From NCBI RefSeq assembly GCF_001457595.1, contig NZ_LN831039.1:3600001-3632000 (forward strand): a stretch of DNA of 32,000 bases. The letters run 5' to 3'. The stretch comes from Mycolicibacterium smegmatis. GTDB taxonomy: Bacteria > Actinomycetota > Actinomycetes > Mycobacteriales > Mycobacteriaceae. The notes below the pieces were generated by a model. The model saw nothing but the letters and a program-made list of their open reading frames with translations, was not told the origin of the DNA and did no database searches. Positions 19,931 to 29,353 of the stretch are shown here, piece by piece. Positions within the stretch are counted from its first letter, which is position 1. The number at the start of each line of letters is the position of its first letter. The translations under genes and the position numbers were made by a program.

Positions 19931-21085
19931 GTGGACGTGCCGAAGCCCGAGTCTGCTCTGCCCCACCTCGCCGACGTCGTCCCGTCCGTGCTGGCCGCGA
20001 TGGGCGTCGCAGCCTTCGAGACCGTCGCGGGCATCGACCTGCCCTCGCCGATCCGCGGCGCGTGCGTACTGCTGGTCGACGGCCTCGGCGCCGAACTTCT
20101 CGACGCACACGCCGCCGAAGCACCCGTGATGGCCGGGTTGCGGCACCGGACGCTTCAGGTCGGTTTCCCTGCGACGACCGCGGCGGGACTGGCCGCCATC
20201 GGTACCGGTTGCCGGTCGGGCGAGCACGGAATGGTCGGCTACTCGTTCCGGGTGCCAGGCGCCGGGGTGATCAACGCGCTGCGGTGGCGGCCCCACCCGT
20301 GGGGTGAGGATCTGCGCAGCACGGTGGTCCCCGAAACAGTCCAGCCGTTTCCCACCACGTTCGAGAGGGCGGCCGGGGCCGGCGTCGCGGTGCGCGTCGT
20401 ATCCGGCGCCGAGTTCGCCCATTCCGGGCTGACCCGCGCTGTGCTGCGCGGCGGCGACTATGTCGGCGTCCATGCGATCGGAGACCTGGGTGCGGCCGTG
20501 GCCGACACCGTGGCCGGCGGCGGGTTCTGCTGGGGCTACCACAGCGAACTGGACCTGGTCGGCCATCTTCACGGCCCGGGTTCGACCGCATGGCTCATGC
20601 AGTTGCGTCAGGTGGACCGCCTGGTCGAGTCGATCGTCGAGACACTGCCCCGCGACGGCCTGCTCGCCGTGGTCGCCGACCACGGCATGGTGACGGCGGA
20701 TCCCGCATCGGTCGTCGACATCGACGCCCACGCGCCCCTGCTCGACGGTGTCGACGCGATCGGCGGGGAGCCTCGCGCGCGACACGTCTACACATCCGAC
20801 GGCGCAGCGGACGCGGTCCTTGCGGCGTGGCGGGACTCGCTTGCCGACACCGCGTGGGTGCTGTCGCGCGACGAGGCGATCGAGGCGGGCTGGTTCGGCG
20901 GGCGTGTCCGCGACGACGTGCGCGGACGTATCGGCGATGTCGTCGCGGCCGCACGCGATTCGGCCGTGCTGGTGCGCCGCGCCGTCGAACCGATGGAGTC
21001 GTCTCTCGTCGGACACCACGGCTCGCTGACCCCGGCCGAGCAGCGGATACCACTGCTGCTCGCAACCGGATTGTCGTCCGAATGA
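19931..21085 (+). CDS. Alkaline phosphatase family / nucleotide pyrophosphatase-like protein
   Basis: CVLLVDGLGAELLDAH, TTAAGLAAIGTGCRSGEHGMVGYSF, VVADHGMVTAD; 384 aa. Confidence 0.85.
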   Translation: MDVPKPESALPHLADVVPSVLAAMGVAAFETVAGIDLPSPIRGACVLLVDGLGAELLDAHAAEAPVMAGLRHRTLQVGFPATTAAGLAAIGTGCRSGEHGMVGYSFRVPGAGVINALRWRPHPWGEDLRSTVVPETVQPFPTTFERAAGAGVAVRVVSGAEFAHSGLTRAVLRGGDYVGVHAIGDLGAAVADTVAGGGFCWGYHSELDLVGHLHGPGSTAWLMQLRQVDRLVESIVETLPRDGLLAVVADHGMVTADPASVVDIDAHAPLLDGVDAIGGEPRARHVYTSDGAADAVLAAWRDSLADTAWVLSRDEAIEAGWFGGRVRDDVRGRIGDVVAAARDSAVLVRRAVEPMESSLVGHHGSLTPAEQRIPLLLATGLSSE

Positions 21086-21120
21086 CCCCACACAGCATTA
21101 GATGATCTAAGATTCACGGC

Positions 21121-21462
21121 ATGAAGCTTGCAGCGTTGGCCGCACTGGGAGCCGCCGCGGCGTCGATCGCCCTCGCCGCTCCGGCCCAAGCGGACCCCGA
21201 CACCGACTTCGCCAATGAACTGCACACGTACGGCATCTACGGGCCGCGTGACTACAACGCCTGGATCGGCAAGATCGCGTGCAAACGGCTGCACAACGGC
21301 CTCGACCGCAACGCGAACGATTCGGTCAACTTCGTCACCAAGCAGCTCGACCGCGATTCGACCACGGCACAGAGCTGGCAGTTCCTCGGCACCGCCATCA
21401 ACTACTACTGCCCCGATCAGCGATTTGTGATGGAGCAGGCCGCCGCGGATTCGGCGCACTGA
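21121..21462 (+). CDS. DUF732 family secreted protein
   Basis: MKLAALAALGAAAASIALAAPAQADPDTDFANELHTYGIYGPRDYNAWIGKIACKRL...; typical mycobacterial DUF732. Confidence 0.85.
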   Translation: MKLAALAALGAAAASIALAAPAQADPDTDFANELHTYGIYGPRDYNAWIGKIACKRLHNGLDRNANDSVNFVTKQLDRDSTTAQSWQFLGTAINYYCPDQRFVMEQAAADSAH

Positions 21463-21503
21463 CCCGAACGACCGGCCCGATCAGACATCTTTGGAGCGAT
21501 ATC

Positions 21504-21965
21504 GTGAAACGCATGCGTGTGAACCACCTGATCCGCGCCGGGATTGCCGCGTGCGCGGTGGCCGGCAGCCTGGCCGCCGCTCCGGGCATCGCGTCGGCTG
21601 ATGCCACCGACGACTACCCGATCCCGAACCGGATCATGAGAACCCCGTGCACGGCCGAGCAGATCATGGCCGCGGCCCGCGACGTCGAGCCGGTGTACTA
21701 CGAGCGGTACATGACCGACTACAAGAACAAGCCGCCGCACGTCCAGCAGGCCGCGCGCGACCGCATTCACTGGTTCTTCTCGATGGATTACGCCGGCAGG
21801 CGCCAGTACTCGGAGAACACCGCAACCGACGCGTTCTTCGAGCAGTTGGCGTGGATGTGGCCGAACTGGGCGAAGCTGTTCTTCAACAACAAGGGCGTCG
21901 CGGCGAACACCACCGACGTCTGCGAGCAGTACCCGCCGGACGACATGTCCGTCTGGAACTGGTAG
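21504..21965 (+). CDS. Secreted mycobacterial protein (DUF5078-like)
   Basis: GTG start: MKRMRVNHLIRAGIAACAVAGSLAAAPGIASADATDDYPIPNRIMRTPCTAEQIMAAARDVEPVYYERYMTDYKNKPP...; GGAG upstream. Confidence 0.75.
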   Translation: MKRMRVNHLIRAGIAACAVAGSLAAAPGIASADATDDYPIPNRIMRTPCTAEQIMAAARDVEPVYYERYMTDYKNKPPHVQQAARDRIHWFFSMDYAGRRQYSENTATDAFFEQLAWMWPNWAKLFFNNKGVAANTTDVCEQYPPDDMSVWNW

Positions 21966-21979
21966 TAACCGGCCTTCGC

Positions 21980-22013
21980 ACTCCGCCTGTCAGCGCTCGC
22001 TGGCAGGCGGAGT
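21980..22013 (+). terminator. Strong hairpin, candidate intrinsic terminator
   Basis: ACTCCGCCTG t CAGCG ct CGCTG g CAGGCGGAGT followed by CATTGTTAT, 14 nt after a stop codon. Confidence 0.7.
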
Positions 22014-22157
22014 CATTGTTATGGCCCCCGGTTATGACGCTCCCCACACCGTGCGGAGCCGATCAACCGCGACGATGTGGCATGACCACGAGTTTTGCCG
22101 GCAAAGCGCGAATCCGGTGTGCCGCGGGCCGGAGCCGACGCGCAGGTGGTACACATT

Positions 22158-22199
22158 TTGTCATTCTGTTAAATAAGCTAATATCTCGCTAACTTAGCT
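22158..22199 (+). promoter_or_regulatory. AT-rich promoter/operator candidate upstream of mmpS-mmpL
   Basis: TTGTCA (22158) spaced 18 nt from TATCTC (22182); inverted repeat AGCTAA (22176-22181) / TTAGCT (22194-22199). Confidence 0.4.
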
Positions 22200-22234
22200 G
22201 TCCTGTGCAACAAGCGAGGTTCATCGAGGTGAAT

Positions 22235-22318
22235 ATGGCGCTCACGAACTACTGCGACCCTGACCAGGTCGACACGTTGGTCGGCGCACGCCCCGTTCGG
22301 TCCGGTGCCCAGCGGTGA
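22235..22318 (+). CDS. Possible 27-aa leader ORF upstream of mmpS
   Basis: MALTNYCDPDQVDTLVGARPVRSGAQR*, GAGG SD-like sequence 5 nt before ATG; stop overlaps the mmpS ATG (TGATG). Confidence 0.4.
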   Translation: MALTNYCDPDQVDTLVGARPVRSGAQR

Positions 22319-22791
22319 TGGCTGTCGACACAAAAGACAAGCGGCGCAAGAAATTCTCGATCAGCGCGCTGGCACGGCGCTTCTGGATTCCACTGCTCAT
22401 CGGCGCCGTGGTGTTCGTCGGCGCGTTCACCGTGATGCGCGTGCGCACGTTCTTCGGCTCCGGTGACGATCCCAGCCTGGCCAGCGCCAAGGTCGACGAC
22501 ACCAAACCCTTCGATCCCAAGGTCGTGGTCTACGAGATCTACGGCGAGCCCGGCGCGACCGCCGACATCAACTACCTGGACCTCGACGCCCAACCGCAAC
22601 GCGTCGACGGTGCGACCCTCCCCTGGTCTCTGACGTTGTCCACCACGGCACCTTCGGTGTTCCCCAACATCGTGGCGCAGGGCAACGGCGACACCATCAC
22701 CTGCCGGATCACCGTCGACGACGAGCTCAAGGATGAGCGCACGTCGAACGGCGTGAACGCCCAGACCTTCTGCCTGGTGAAATCTGCATGA
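22318..22791 (+). CDS. MmpS family transport accessory protein
   Basis: [26 protein letters not shown]...[95 protein letters not shown]. Confidence 0.93.
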   Translation: MAVDTKDKRRKKFSISALARRFWIPLLIGAVVFVGAFTVMRVRTFFGSGDDPSLASAKVDDTKPFDPKVVVYEIYGEPGATADINYLDLDAQPQRVDGATLPWSLTLSTTAPSVFPNIVAQGNGDTITCRITVDDELKDERTSNGVNAQTFCLVKSA

Positions 22792-25697
22792 GCAACCCGA
22801 GCCACGACGCCCCGACCGACGCCATGGGTGTCATCGGACCCAAGCATGCGCGCCCCGGCGGGATCGCGAAGTGGATCCGGGTTCTCGCCGTTCCGATCAT
22901 CCTGGTGTGGGTCGCGATCATCGCGGTCCTGAACACCGTCGTCCCGCAGCTCGACGTCGTCGGCGAGATGCGCTCGGTGTCGATGAGCCCCGACGACGCG
23001 CCCTCGGTGATCGCCATGAAGCGCGTCGGCGAGGTCTTCGAGGAGTTCAAGTCCAACAGCTCGGTGATGATCGTGCTGGAGGGCGAACAACCGCTCGGCG
23101 ACGAGGCGCACAAGTACTACGACGAGATCGTCGACAAGCTCGAGGCCGATCCCGCGCACGTCGAGCACGTGCAGGATTTCTGGGGCGATCCGCTCACGGC
23201 GTCCGGTGCGCAGAGCCCGGACGGTCTGGCGTCGTATGTGCAGGTCTACACCCGTGGTAACCAGGGTGAGGCGCTGGCCAACGAATCGGTCGAGGCCGTC
23301 CAGGACATCGTCGACAGCGTCCCTGCCCCGCCGGGGGTCAAGGCGTATGTGACCGGGCCCGCCGCGTTGTCGGCGGATCAGCACGTGGCCAGCGATCGCA
23401 GCGTGCGCGTCATCGAGGCACTGACGTTCGCGGTCATCATCACCATGTTGCTGCTGGTCTACCGGTCGATCGTGACCGTGATCCTCACGCTCGTCATGGT
23501 GGTGCTGTCGCTGTCCGCGGCGCGCGGCGTGATCGCGTTCCTCGGCTACCACGAGATCATCGGTCTTTCCGTCTTCGCGACGAACCTCCTGACCACCTTG
23601 GCGATCGCCGCCGCGACCGACTACGCGATCTTCCTGATCGGCCGTTATCAAGAGGCCAGAAGTGTCGGCGAAGACCGGGAGCAGTCCTACTACACGATGT
23701 TCCACAGCACGGCGCACGTCGTGCTGGGCTCCGGCATGACGATCGCGGGCGCGACCTTGTGCCTGCACTTCACCCGCATGCCGTACTTCCAGTCGCTGGG
23801 CATCCCACTGGCCATCGGTATGAGCGTGGTGGTCCTGGCCTCGTTGACCATGGGCGCCGCGATCATCTCGGTCGCGAGCCGGTTCGGCAAGACCTTCGAG
23901 CCCAAGCGTGCGATGCGCACCCGCGGGTGGCGCAAACTCGGTGCGGCCGTGGTGCGTTGGCCTGCGCCGATCCTGGTGACCACCATCGCGTTGTCGGTTG
24001 TCGGCCTACTGGCGCTGCCCGGGTACCAGACCAACTACAACGACCGCAGGTACCTGCCCCAGGACCTGCCCGCCAACACCGGTTACGCCGCGGCCGACCG
24101 GCACTTCTCGCAGGCCAGGATGAACCCGGAACTGCTGATGATCGAGTCGGACCACGACCTGCGCAACAGCGCGGACTTCCTGGTGGTCGACCGGATCGCC
24201 AAGCGGGTCTTCCAGGTGCCCGGCATCTCACGCGTGCAGGCCATCACGCGTCCGCAGGGCACGCCCATCGAGCACACCTCGATCCCGTTCCAGATCAGCA
24301 TGTCCGGCACCACGCAGATGATGAACATGAAGTACATGCAGGACCGCATGGCCGACATGTTGGTGATGGCCGACGAGATGCAGAAGAGCGTCGACACCAT
24401 GGAGGAGATGCTCAAGATCACGCGTGAGATGAGCGATACCACTCACAGCATGGTCGGCAAGATGCACGGCATGGTCGAGGACATCAAGGAGCTGCGCGAC
24501 CACATCGCCGATTTCGACGATTTCCTCCGGCCGATCCGCAACTACTTCTACTGGGAGCCGCACTGCGACAGCATCCCGGTCTGCCAGTCGATCCGCTCGA
24601 TCTTCGACACCCTCGACGGCATCGACGTGATGACCGACGACATCCAGCGGTTGATGCCGGACATGGACCGTCTCGACGAGCTCATGCCGCAGATGCTCAC
24701 GATCATGCCGCCCATGATCGAGTCGATGAAGACGATGAAGACCATGATGCTGACGACGCAGGCCACCATGGGCGGTCTGCAGGATCAGATGGAAGCGGCC
24801 ATGGAGAACCAGACCGCCATGGGTCAGGCCTTCGACGCGTCCAAGAACGACGACTCGTTCTACCTGCCGCCTGAGACGTTCGAGAATCCGGACTTCAAGC
24901 GCGGTATGAAGATGTTCCTGTCGCCCGACGGGCACGCGGTGCGCTTCATCATCAGCCACGAGGGCGATCCGATGAGCCCCGAGGGCATCAAGCACATCGA
25001 CGCCATCAAGCAGGCCGCGAAGGAGGCCATCAAGGGCACGCCGCTGGAGGGCTCGAAGATTTACCTCGGCGGCACCGCGGCCACCTTCAAGGATTTGCAG
25101 GAAGGCGCCAACTACGACCTGATCATCGCCGGCATCGCGGCGCTGTGCCTGATCTTCATCATCATGCTCATCATCACGCGGGCCGTGGTGGCCTCGGCGG
25201 TGATCGTCGGCACGGTGGTCATATCCCTCGGCGCGTCGTTCGGTCTGTCGGTACTCATCTGGCAGCACATCATCGGGCTCGAGCTGCACTGGATGGTGCT
25301 GGCCATGGCGGTGATCGTGCTGCTGGCCGTCGGTGCGGACTACAACCTGCTGCTGGTCTCACGCATCAAGGAGGAGATCTACGCCGGTCTCAACACGGGC
25401 ATCATCCGGTCGATGGGCGGCACCGGCTCGGTGGTCACCTCGGCGGGTCTGGTGTTCGCATTCACCATGATGTCGATGGCCGTCAGCGAGTTGGCCGTCA
25501 TCGCGCAGGTGGGTACGACGATCGGCCTGGGCCTGCTGTTCGACACCTTGGTGATCCGCTCGTTCATGACGCCGTCGATCGCGGCGCTGATGGGCAAGTG
25601 GTTCTGGTGGCCGCAGCGCGTGCGCCAGCGCCCCCTGCCCGCGCCGTGGCCGCAGCCAGTGCAGCGTAATCCCGAAGACGCGCTGAACCGGGTCTGA
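22788..25697 (+). CDS. MmpL family RND transporter, MmpL4/MmpL5 type
   Basis: 969 aa; [13 protein letters not shown] and [15 protein letters not shown] proton-relay motifs; long Met-rich coiled-coil insertion; ATGA overlap with mmpS. Confidence 0.95.
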   Translation: MSNPSHDAPTDAMGVIGPKHARPGGIAKWIRVLAVPIILVWVAIIAVLNTVVPQLDVVGEMRSVSMSPDDAPSVIAMKRVGEVFEEFKSNSSVMIVLEGEQPLGDEAHKYYDEIVDKLEADPAHVEHVQDFWGDPLTASGAQSPDGLASYVQVYTRGNQGEALANESVEAVQDIVDSVPAPPGVKAYVTGPAALSADQHVASDRSVRVIEALTFAVIITMLLLVYRSIVTVILTLVMVVLSLSAARGVIAFLGYHEIIGLSVFATNLLTTLAIAAATDYAIFLIGRYQEARSVGEDREQSYYTMFHSTAHVVLGSGMTIAGATLCLHFTRMPYFQSLGIPLAIGMSVVVLASLTMGAAIISVASRFGKTFEPKRAMRTRGWRKLGAAVVRWPAPILVTTIALSVVGLLALPGYQTNYNDRRYLPQDLPANTGYAAADRHFSQARMNPELLMIESDHDLRNSADFLVVDRIAKRVFQVPGISRVQAITRPQGTPIEHTSIPFQISMSGTTQMMNMKYMQDRMADMLVMADEMQKSVDTMEEMLKITREMSDTTHSMVGKMHGMVEDIKELRDHIADFDDFLRPIRNYFYWEPHCDSIPVCQSIRSIFDTLDGIDVMTDDIQRLMPDMDRLDELMPQMLTIMPPMIESMKTMKTMMLTTQATMGGLQDQMEAAMENQTAMGQAFDASKNDDSFYLPPETFENPDFKRGMKMFLSPDGHAVRFIISHEGDPMSPEGIKHIDAIKQAAKEAIKGTPLEGSKIYLGGTAATFKDLQEGANYDLIIAGIAALCLIFIIMLIITRAVVASAVIVGTVVISLGASFGLSVLIWQHIIGLELHWMVLAMAVIVLLAVGADYNLLLVSRIKEEIYAGLNTGIIRSMGGTGSVVTSAGLVFAFTMMSMAVSELAVIAQVGTTIGLGLLFDTLVIRSFMTPSIAALMGKWFWWPQRVRQRPLPAPWPQPVQRNPEDALNRV

Positions 25698-25718
25698 TCC
25701 CGCGCGTTGTTGACCGCG

Positions 25719-26459
25719 CTACGGCGCGGTCAACTGCTCGAGCCCGCTCTTGAGGTCGGACAGCTTCAACGGCCATTCTCCCGACACCAGTGTGTGGGTG
25801 ATGCTGTCCGGCCGCAGACCATCGTGGACGAGGGTGAGCTTGACCTGGTGCTCCCCCGGTTCGATGTCGAACGACACGCGCGTGGTGTCGTGCTCGGCGC
25901 CGGGGTCGTCGAGATCCGGCGTGCGGGGCATCGGATAGGTGAACGCCAGCCGCTGGTAAGGGTCGGATTCCAGCACCACCTGCTGGGGACGCTCGAAGCG
26001 GATGCCGCGCTCGATCCACACGTAGGTGGACCCCTTCAGCCAGTCCGATTCGATCGCATGCCCGAGGTATCCGAGTGAGGTCCCCGGGTTGGTGATCGCG
26101 TGCCACAGCCGTTCCGGTGTGGTGCGGATGTAGATGACGTAGACGAACACATCACCGTCGCTCCCGGCACCCGCCTCGAGACGCGCACCATGACGCCGTG
26201 GGGCGCCCCAACGTGCGGTGAGCTCGCCGGCCAGCTCGGTGATCGGCCCGGTGTCGAGGTGGTGCAGCTTCTGGCGGCCCTCCCATTGCACGGTCACCAG
26301 GCCCGCGGCCTCGAGCACCTCAAGATGCTTGGCCACGGATTGACGCGCCATGGCCAGGTCCGCGCAGAGCTCTTTCAGGGTCTGCCCGTCGCGGTCGCCG
26401 AGCCGCGCCAGAAGCGTTCTCCGGTTCGCGTCGGACAGTGCCTTGAGGACCGCTTCCAC
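25719..26459 (-). CDS. ArsR-type HTH regulator fused to a SRPBCC (AHSA1-like) domain
   Basis: MEAVLKALSDANRRTLLARLGDRDGQTLKELCADLAMARQSVAKHLEVLEAAGLV then TTPERLWHAITNPGTSLGYLG...SFDIEPGEHQVKLTLVHDG; GTG start at 26459 preceded by GGGAGA. Confidence 0.88.
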   Translation of the reverse strand: MEAVLKALSDANRRTLLARLGDRDGQTLKELCADLAMARQSVAKHLEVLEAAGLVTVQWEGRQKLHHLDTGPITELAGELTARWGAPRRHGARLEAGAGSDGDVFVYVIYIRTTPERLWHAITNPGTSLGYLGHAIESDWLKGSTYVWIERGIRFERPQQVVLESDPYQRLAFTYPMPRTPDLDDPGAEHDTTRVSFDIEPGEHQVKLTLVHDGLRPDSITHTLVSGEWPLKLSDLKSGLEQLTAP

Positions 26460-26993
26460 GTCGTGTCTCCCATATGTAACCGCACGGCTGCCCTGGCCGA
26501 AGATATGCAGCCACACGGCTGCATGTCAACACACGTCGGGCCACTCACGCGGTACATGGCGATACCTCCTGATGGCCGCCGATGAGCCGGAAAGTTCGCC
26601 AGGATCGCCACCTCACGTCGCGCACCGACAGCAAGCGTCACGGCGGCCGCCGATCGGACGCGCGGCGCGGAACGTCTCGCATGGACACACTTCGACGCCT
26701 CGATCACCCTCGGCGAAATGCGCTGTACCCCAACGCTACTCATTCCCAAGTCGAGCTGGTGGCGCATTCTCGCCGTGATATGCAGGTGGATTGGCGTTAT
26801 GACGCAAGGTGATTGAGCGAACCGATTTACCGCCGCGACAGTTCGCGAAACATGCTCTCGACCTGCGCCTATCGATGCAGTCGACATCGCTGCCCGTGCA
26901 GTGCCCGCGTGAAGCGCTCGGCAGATAAGCCTGGTTATGACCGCAGTCACAGAGTTTGAGGGGCCGAAATAAGCTCTGTTACTGTCCCGCCGC

Positions 26994-27596
26994 ATGTTTG
27001 CTCTCGCTACATTGATGGCGCTCGTCCAACAGGTATCGGGCACGCCATACGTCTCCGGCGGTGACTCGCCGTCCGGCACCGACTGCTCGGGTCTGGCCTC
27101 GTGGGTCAGCAACGTGGCCACCGGCCGCCCGGCATTCGGAGACCGCTTCCACACCGGCAACCAGGAGCAGGCGCTCCTGGCGCGCGGATTCAAGTACGGG
27201 ACCCAGCCCGGAGCTCTGGTGATCGGCTGGAACAGCGGCCATACCGCGGTCACCCTGCCCGACGGCACACCGGTGTCGTCAGGTGAGGGCGGCGGCGTGA
27301 AGATCGGTGGCGGCGGCGCCTACCAGCCGCAGTTCAACCACCACATGTATCTGCCCGCTGAAGAGGTCCAACCCGATGCCGGGCTGCCGGTCGGTGCTCC
27401 GCCGCCACCCGAGGCGTCGCTACCCCCGCTGCCGCCACCACCGGCCGATCCGATGGCCCCGGCTCCACCGATGGCCGGACCGCCGCCCGTCGACCCGTTC
27501 GCCCCGCCGCCACCACCCGAGCCGGCCGTTGTTCCGGTCGTGCTCGACGTGCCGGCCCCGCCGGCCCCCGAAGCCCCGCCCGCCCTCGGGGTCTGA
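26994..27596 (+). CDS. NlpC/P60-like cell wall hydrolase with Pro-rich C-terminal tail
   Basis: MALVQQVSGTPYVSGGDSPSGTDCSGLASWVSNVATGRPAFGDRF...ALVIGWNSGHTAVTLPDGT; tail PPPPEASLPPLPPPPADPMAPAPP. Confidence 0.8.
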   Translation: MFALATLMALVQQVSGTPYVSGGDSPSGTDCSGLASWVSNVATGRPAFGDRFHTGNQEQALLARGFKYGTQPGALVIGWNSGHTAVTLPDGTPVSSGEGGGVKIGGGGAYQPQFNHHMYLPAEEVQPDAGLPVGAPPPPEASLPPLPPPPADPMAPAPPMAGPPPVDPFAPPPPPEPAVVPVVLDVPAPPAPEAPPALGV

Positions 27597-27647
27597 TCGA
27601 TCGCACTGGTGCGCAGAACGCACGATCACATCCGATAACGTCTCGGT

Positions 27648-28394
27648 GTGATCGTGCTCCTGCCTCCATCGGAGACCAAGCGCACCGGCGGGGACGGCCC
27701 GCCGCTGCGCCTGGACAACTTGACCCAGCCGGCGCTGACACCACTGCGTACCGAACTGGTCGACGAACTCGTGGCCCTGGCCGCGGATCCGCCCGCCTGC
27801 CGTAAGGCGTTGGGCCTGACGCCCAAGCAGGACGCCGAGATCACGCGTAACGCCGAACTCCGCGAGGCTCCGACGCTTCCCGCGATCGAGCGCTACACCG
27901 GCGTGCTCTACGACGCGCTCGACGTCGGATCCTTGCGCGGCACGTCAGCCGGGCGGGCCCGTGAGCGGTTGGCGGTCGGTTCGGCGCTGTTCGGGCTCGT
28001 GCGCGCAGACGACCGGATACCGGCCTACCGGCTGTCCGCCTCGGCGAAACTGCCCGGCCGCCGTGGGCTGAGCACCCGCTGGCGGCCGGTCCTCGAGCCG
28101 GTGCTGGAGAAACTGGCCGCCGAGCAACTCATCGTCGACCTGCGGTCGGGTGCATACGCCGCGCTCGGCCGGATCCCCGGCGCGGTGCGGGTGCAGGTGC
28201 TCGCCGAACATCCCGACGGCCGGCGCACCGTGGTCAGCCACTTCAACAAGGCGCACAAGGGCCGGTTGGCACGTGCCCTCGTCGAGACCCGCGCCGAACC
28301 CAAGGACTGCGGTGCCGTCGCAGCCGTTGCCGAACGTGCCGGGATGCGGGTCGAACATGACGGCGATGACCTGACCGTCGTGGTGCCGGCCTGA
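27648..28394 (+). CDS. yaaA: Peroxide stress protein YaaA (DUF328)
   Basis: MIVLLPPSETKRTGGDGPPL...RYTGVLYDALD...DLRSGAYAALG...VVSHFNKAHKGRLARALV. Confidence 0.9.
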   Translation: MIVLLPPSETKRTGGDGPPLRLDNLTQPALTPLRTELVDELVALAADPPACRKALGLTPKQDAEITRNAELREAPTLPAIERYTGVLYDALDVGSLRGTSAGRARERLAVGSALFGLVRADDRIPAYRLSASAKLPGRRGLSTRWRPVLEPVLEKLAAEQLIVDLRSGAYAALGRIPGAVRVQVLAEHPDGRRTVVSHFNKAHKGRLARALVETRAEPKDCGAVAAVAERAGMRVEHDGDDLTVVVPA

Positions 28395-28517
28395 CGCGAC
28401 GCAAGCTCAGTGTGGTTGTTGCACGAAGAGCGCCAGTAGACGGGCTAGACCGATGTCGATGTCGCCGATGCCGTGCGCTGCGTCGGGGGTGTGCGTTGGA
28501 TTGTTCTGGAGTGATGA

Positions 28518-28865
28518 TCACCGCGGGGAATGATCTGGCGGCCGGCATTCGGGGTTGCCTGCTCCGTGGGTGTCGCTGTCCCTTTTCGAGCTGACGACAT
28601 CGCGCATGAGTATGGCCAGAAGTGTCAGTCCGACAAGGCCGGCGATGGCGCTGTACGGGATCGTGAAGGCACGGTGGTCGTGGTAGAGGACTGCCTGGGC
28701 TCCAACGACTGCGGACGACAACACCAGCACGATGGCACTCAACACGTGCGAACGAATCGAGACGTTGCGAGCTCTGGCCGCACGGCGCTGGTAGTCGTAG
28801 ACCGCGCCCGCGGCGATCACGATACCTACCATGACCGATCCAGCGAGCAGCGCGAGATGGCTCAT
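28518..28865 (-). CDS. Small membrane protein, unknown function
   Basis: MSHLALLAGSVMVGIVIAAGAVYDYQRRAARARNVSIRSHVLSAIVLVLSSAVVGAQAVLYHDHRAFTIPYSAIAGLVGLTLLAILMRD; about 3 hydrophobic segments; AGGAGG-like SD upstream. Confidence 0.6.
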   Translation of the reverse strand: MSHLALLAGSVMVGIVIAAGAVYDYQRRAARARNVSIRSHVLSAIVLVLSSAVVGAQAVLYHDHRAFTIPYSAIAGLVGLTLLAILMRDVVSSKRDSDTHGAGNPECRPPDHSPR

Positions 28866-29189
28866 CGTTTCCTCCCCGCTAGGACGCGCCACCGTGCGCG
28901 GCTACGTCTCCTCCGTCGGCGACGACACACGGACGGCGTACTTTTGACTCAGCAACACACCACCAAGTATGAGGCACCTCAATCGACCCTTCGTGCACCT
29001 CTTTCCGGCCACCGAAGCGCTGTGGTTGATCCCGCGTGCGGGAGGTGGATTCGACGGGTGATCCTCCTGGCGGTGGACCTGGCGACGGGGTTTGGTTTCT
29101 GGTTTGCCGTGCCGATCTCACCGTGACGTGAACGGCGGCGGGGAAGGCACAAACGATCACACTGCACTGAACACTTCGACACCGAGTGT

Positions 29190-29233
29190 GGGCCCTGTGC
29201 ACGGATTTTGGCCCGCGGGCGTGCACAGGCCCC
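29190..29233. repeat. Nested inverted repeat in intergenic region
   Basis: GGGCCCTGTGCACG (29190-29203) and CGTGCACAGGCCCC (29220-29233), 13 of 14 complementary; spacer ends in palindrome GCCCGCGGGC (29211-29220). Confidence 0.85.
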
Positions 29234-29353
29234 ACGGTGGTGGCAGAAAGTTGCGGGGTGGCGGGTGGGGGGCGTCGGCTCGTGCACAATATGTGACGCA
29301 TCCGTGATCTTGGTTTGCGAAATTCTCACGACACTGCAGGGACGGGAGCGAGC

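Noticed and set aside
22572-23768. 398-aa minus strand ORF over the mmpS/mmpL start
   Set aside because: Same antisense high-GC artefact, with R/H/D-rich composition and no recognisable domain.
24228-25289. 353-aa minus strand ORF inside mmpL
   Set aside because: Antisense shadow frame of a high-GC gene: low-complexity His/Arg/Asp/Leu composition and complete overlap with the conserved MmpL coding frame.
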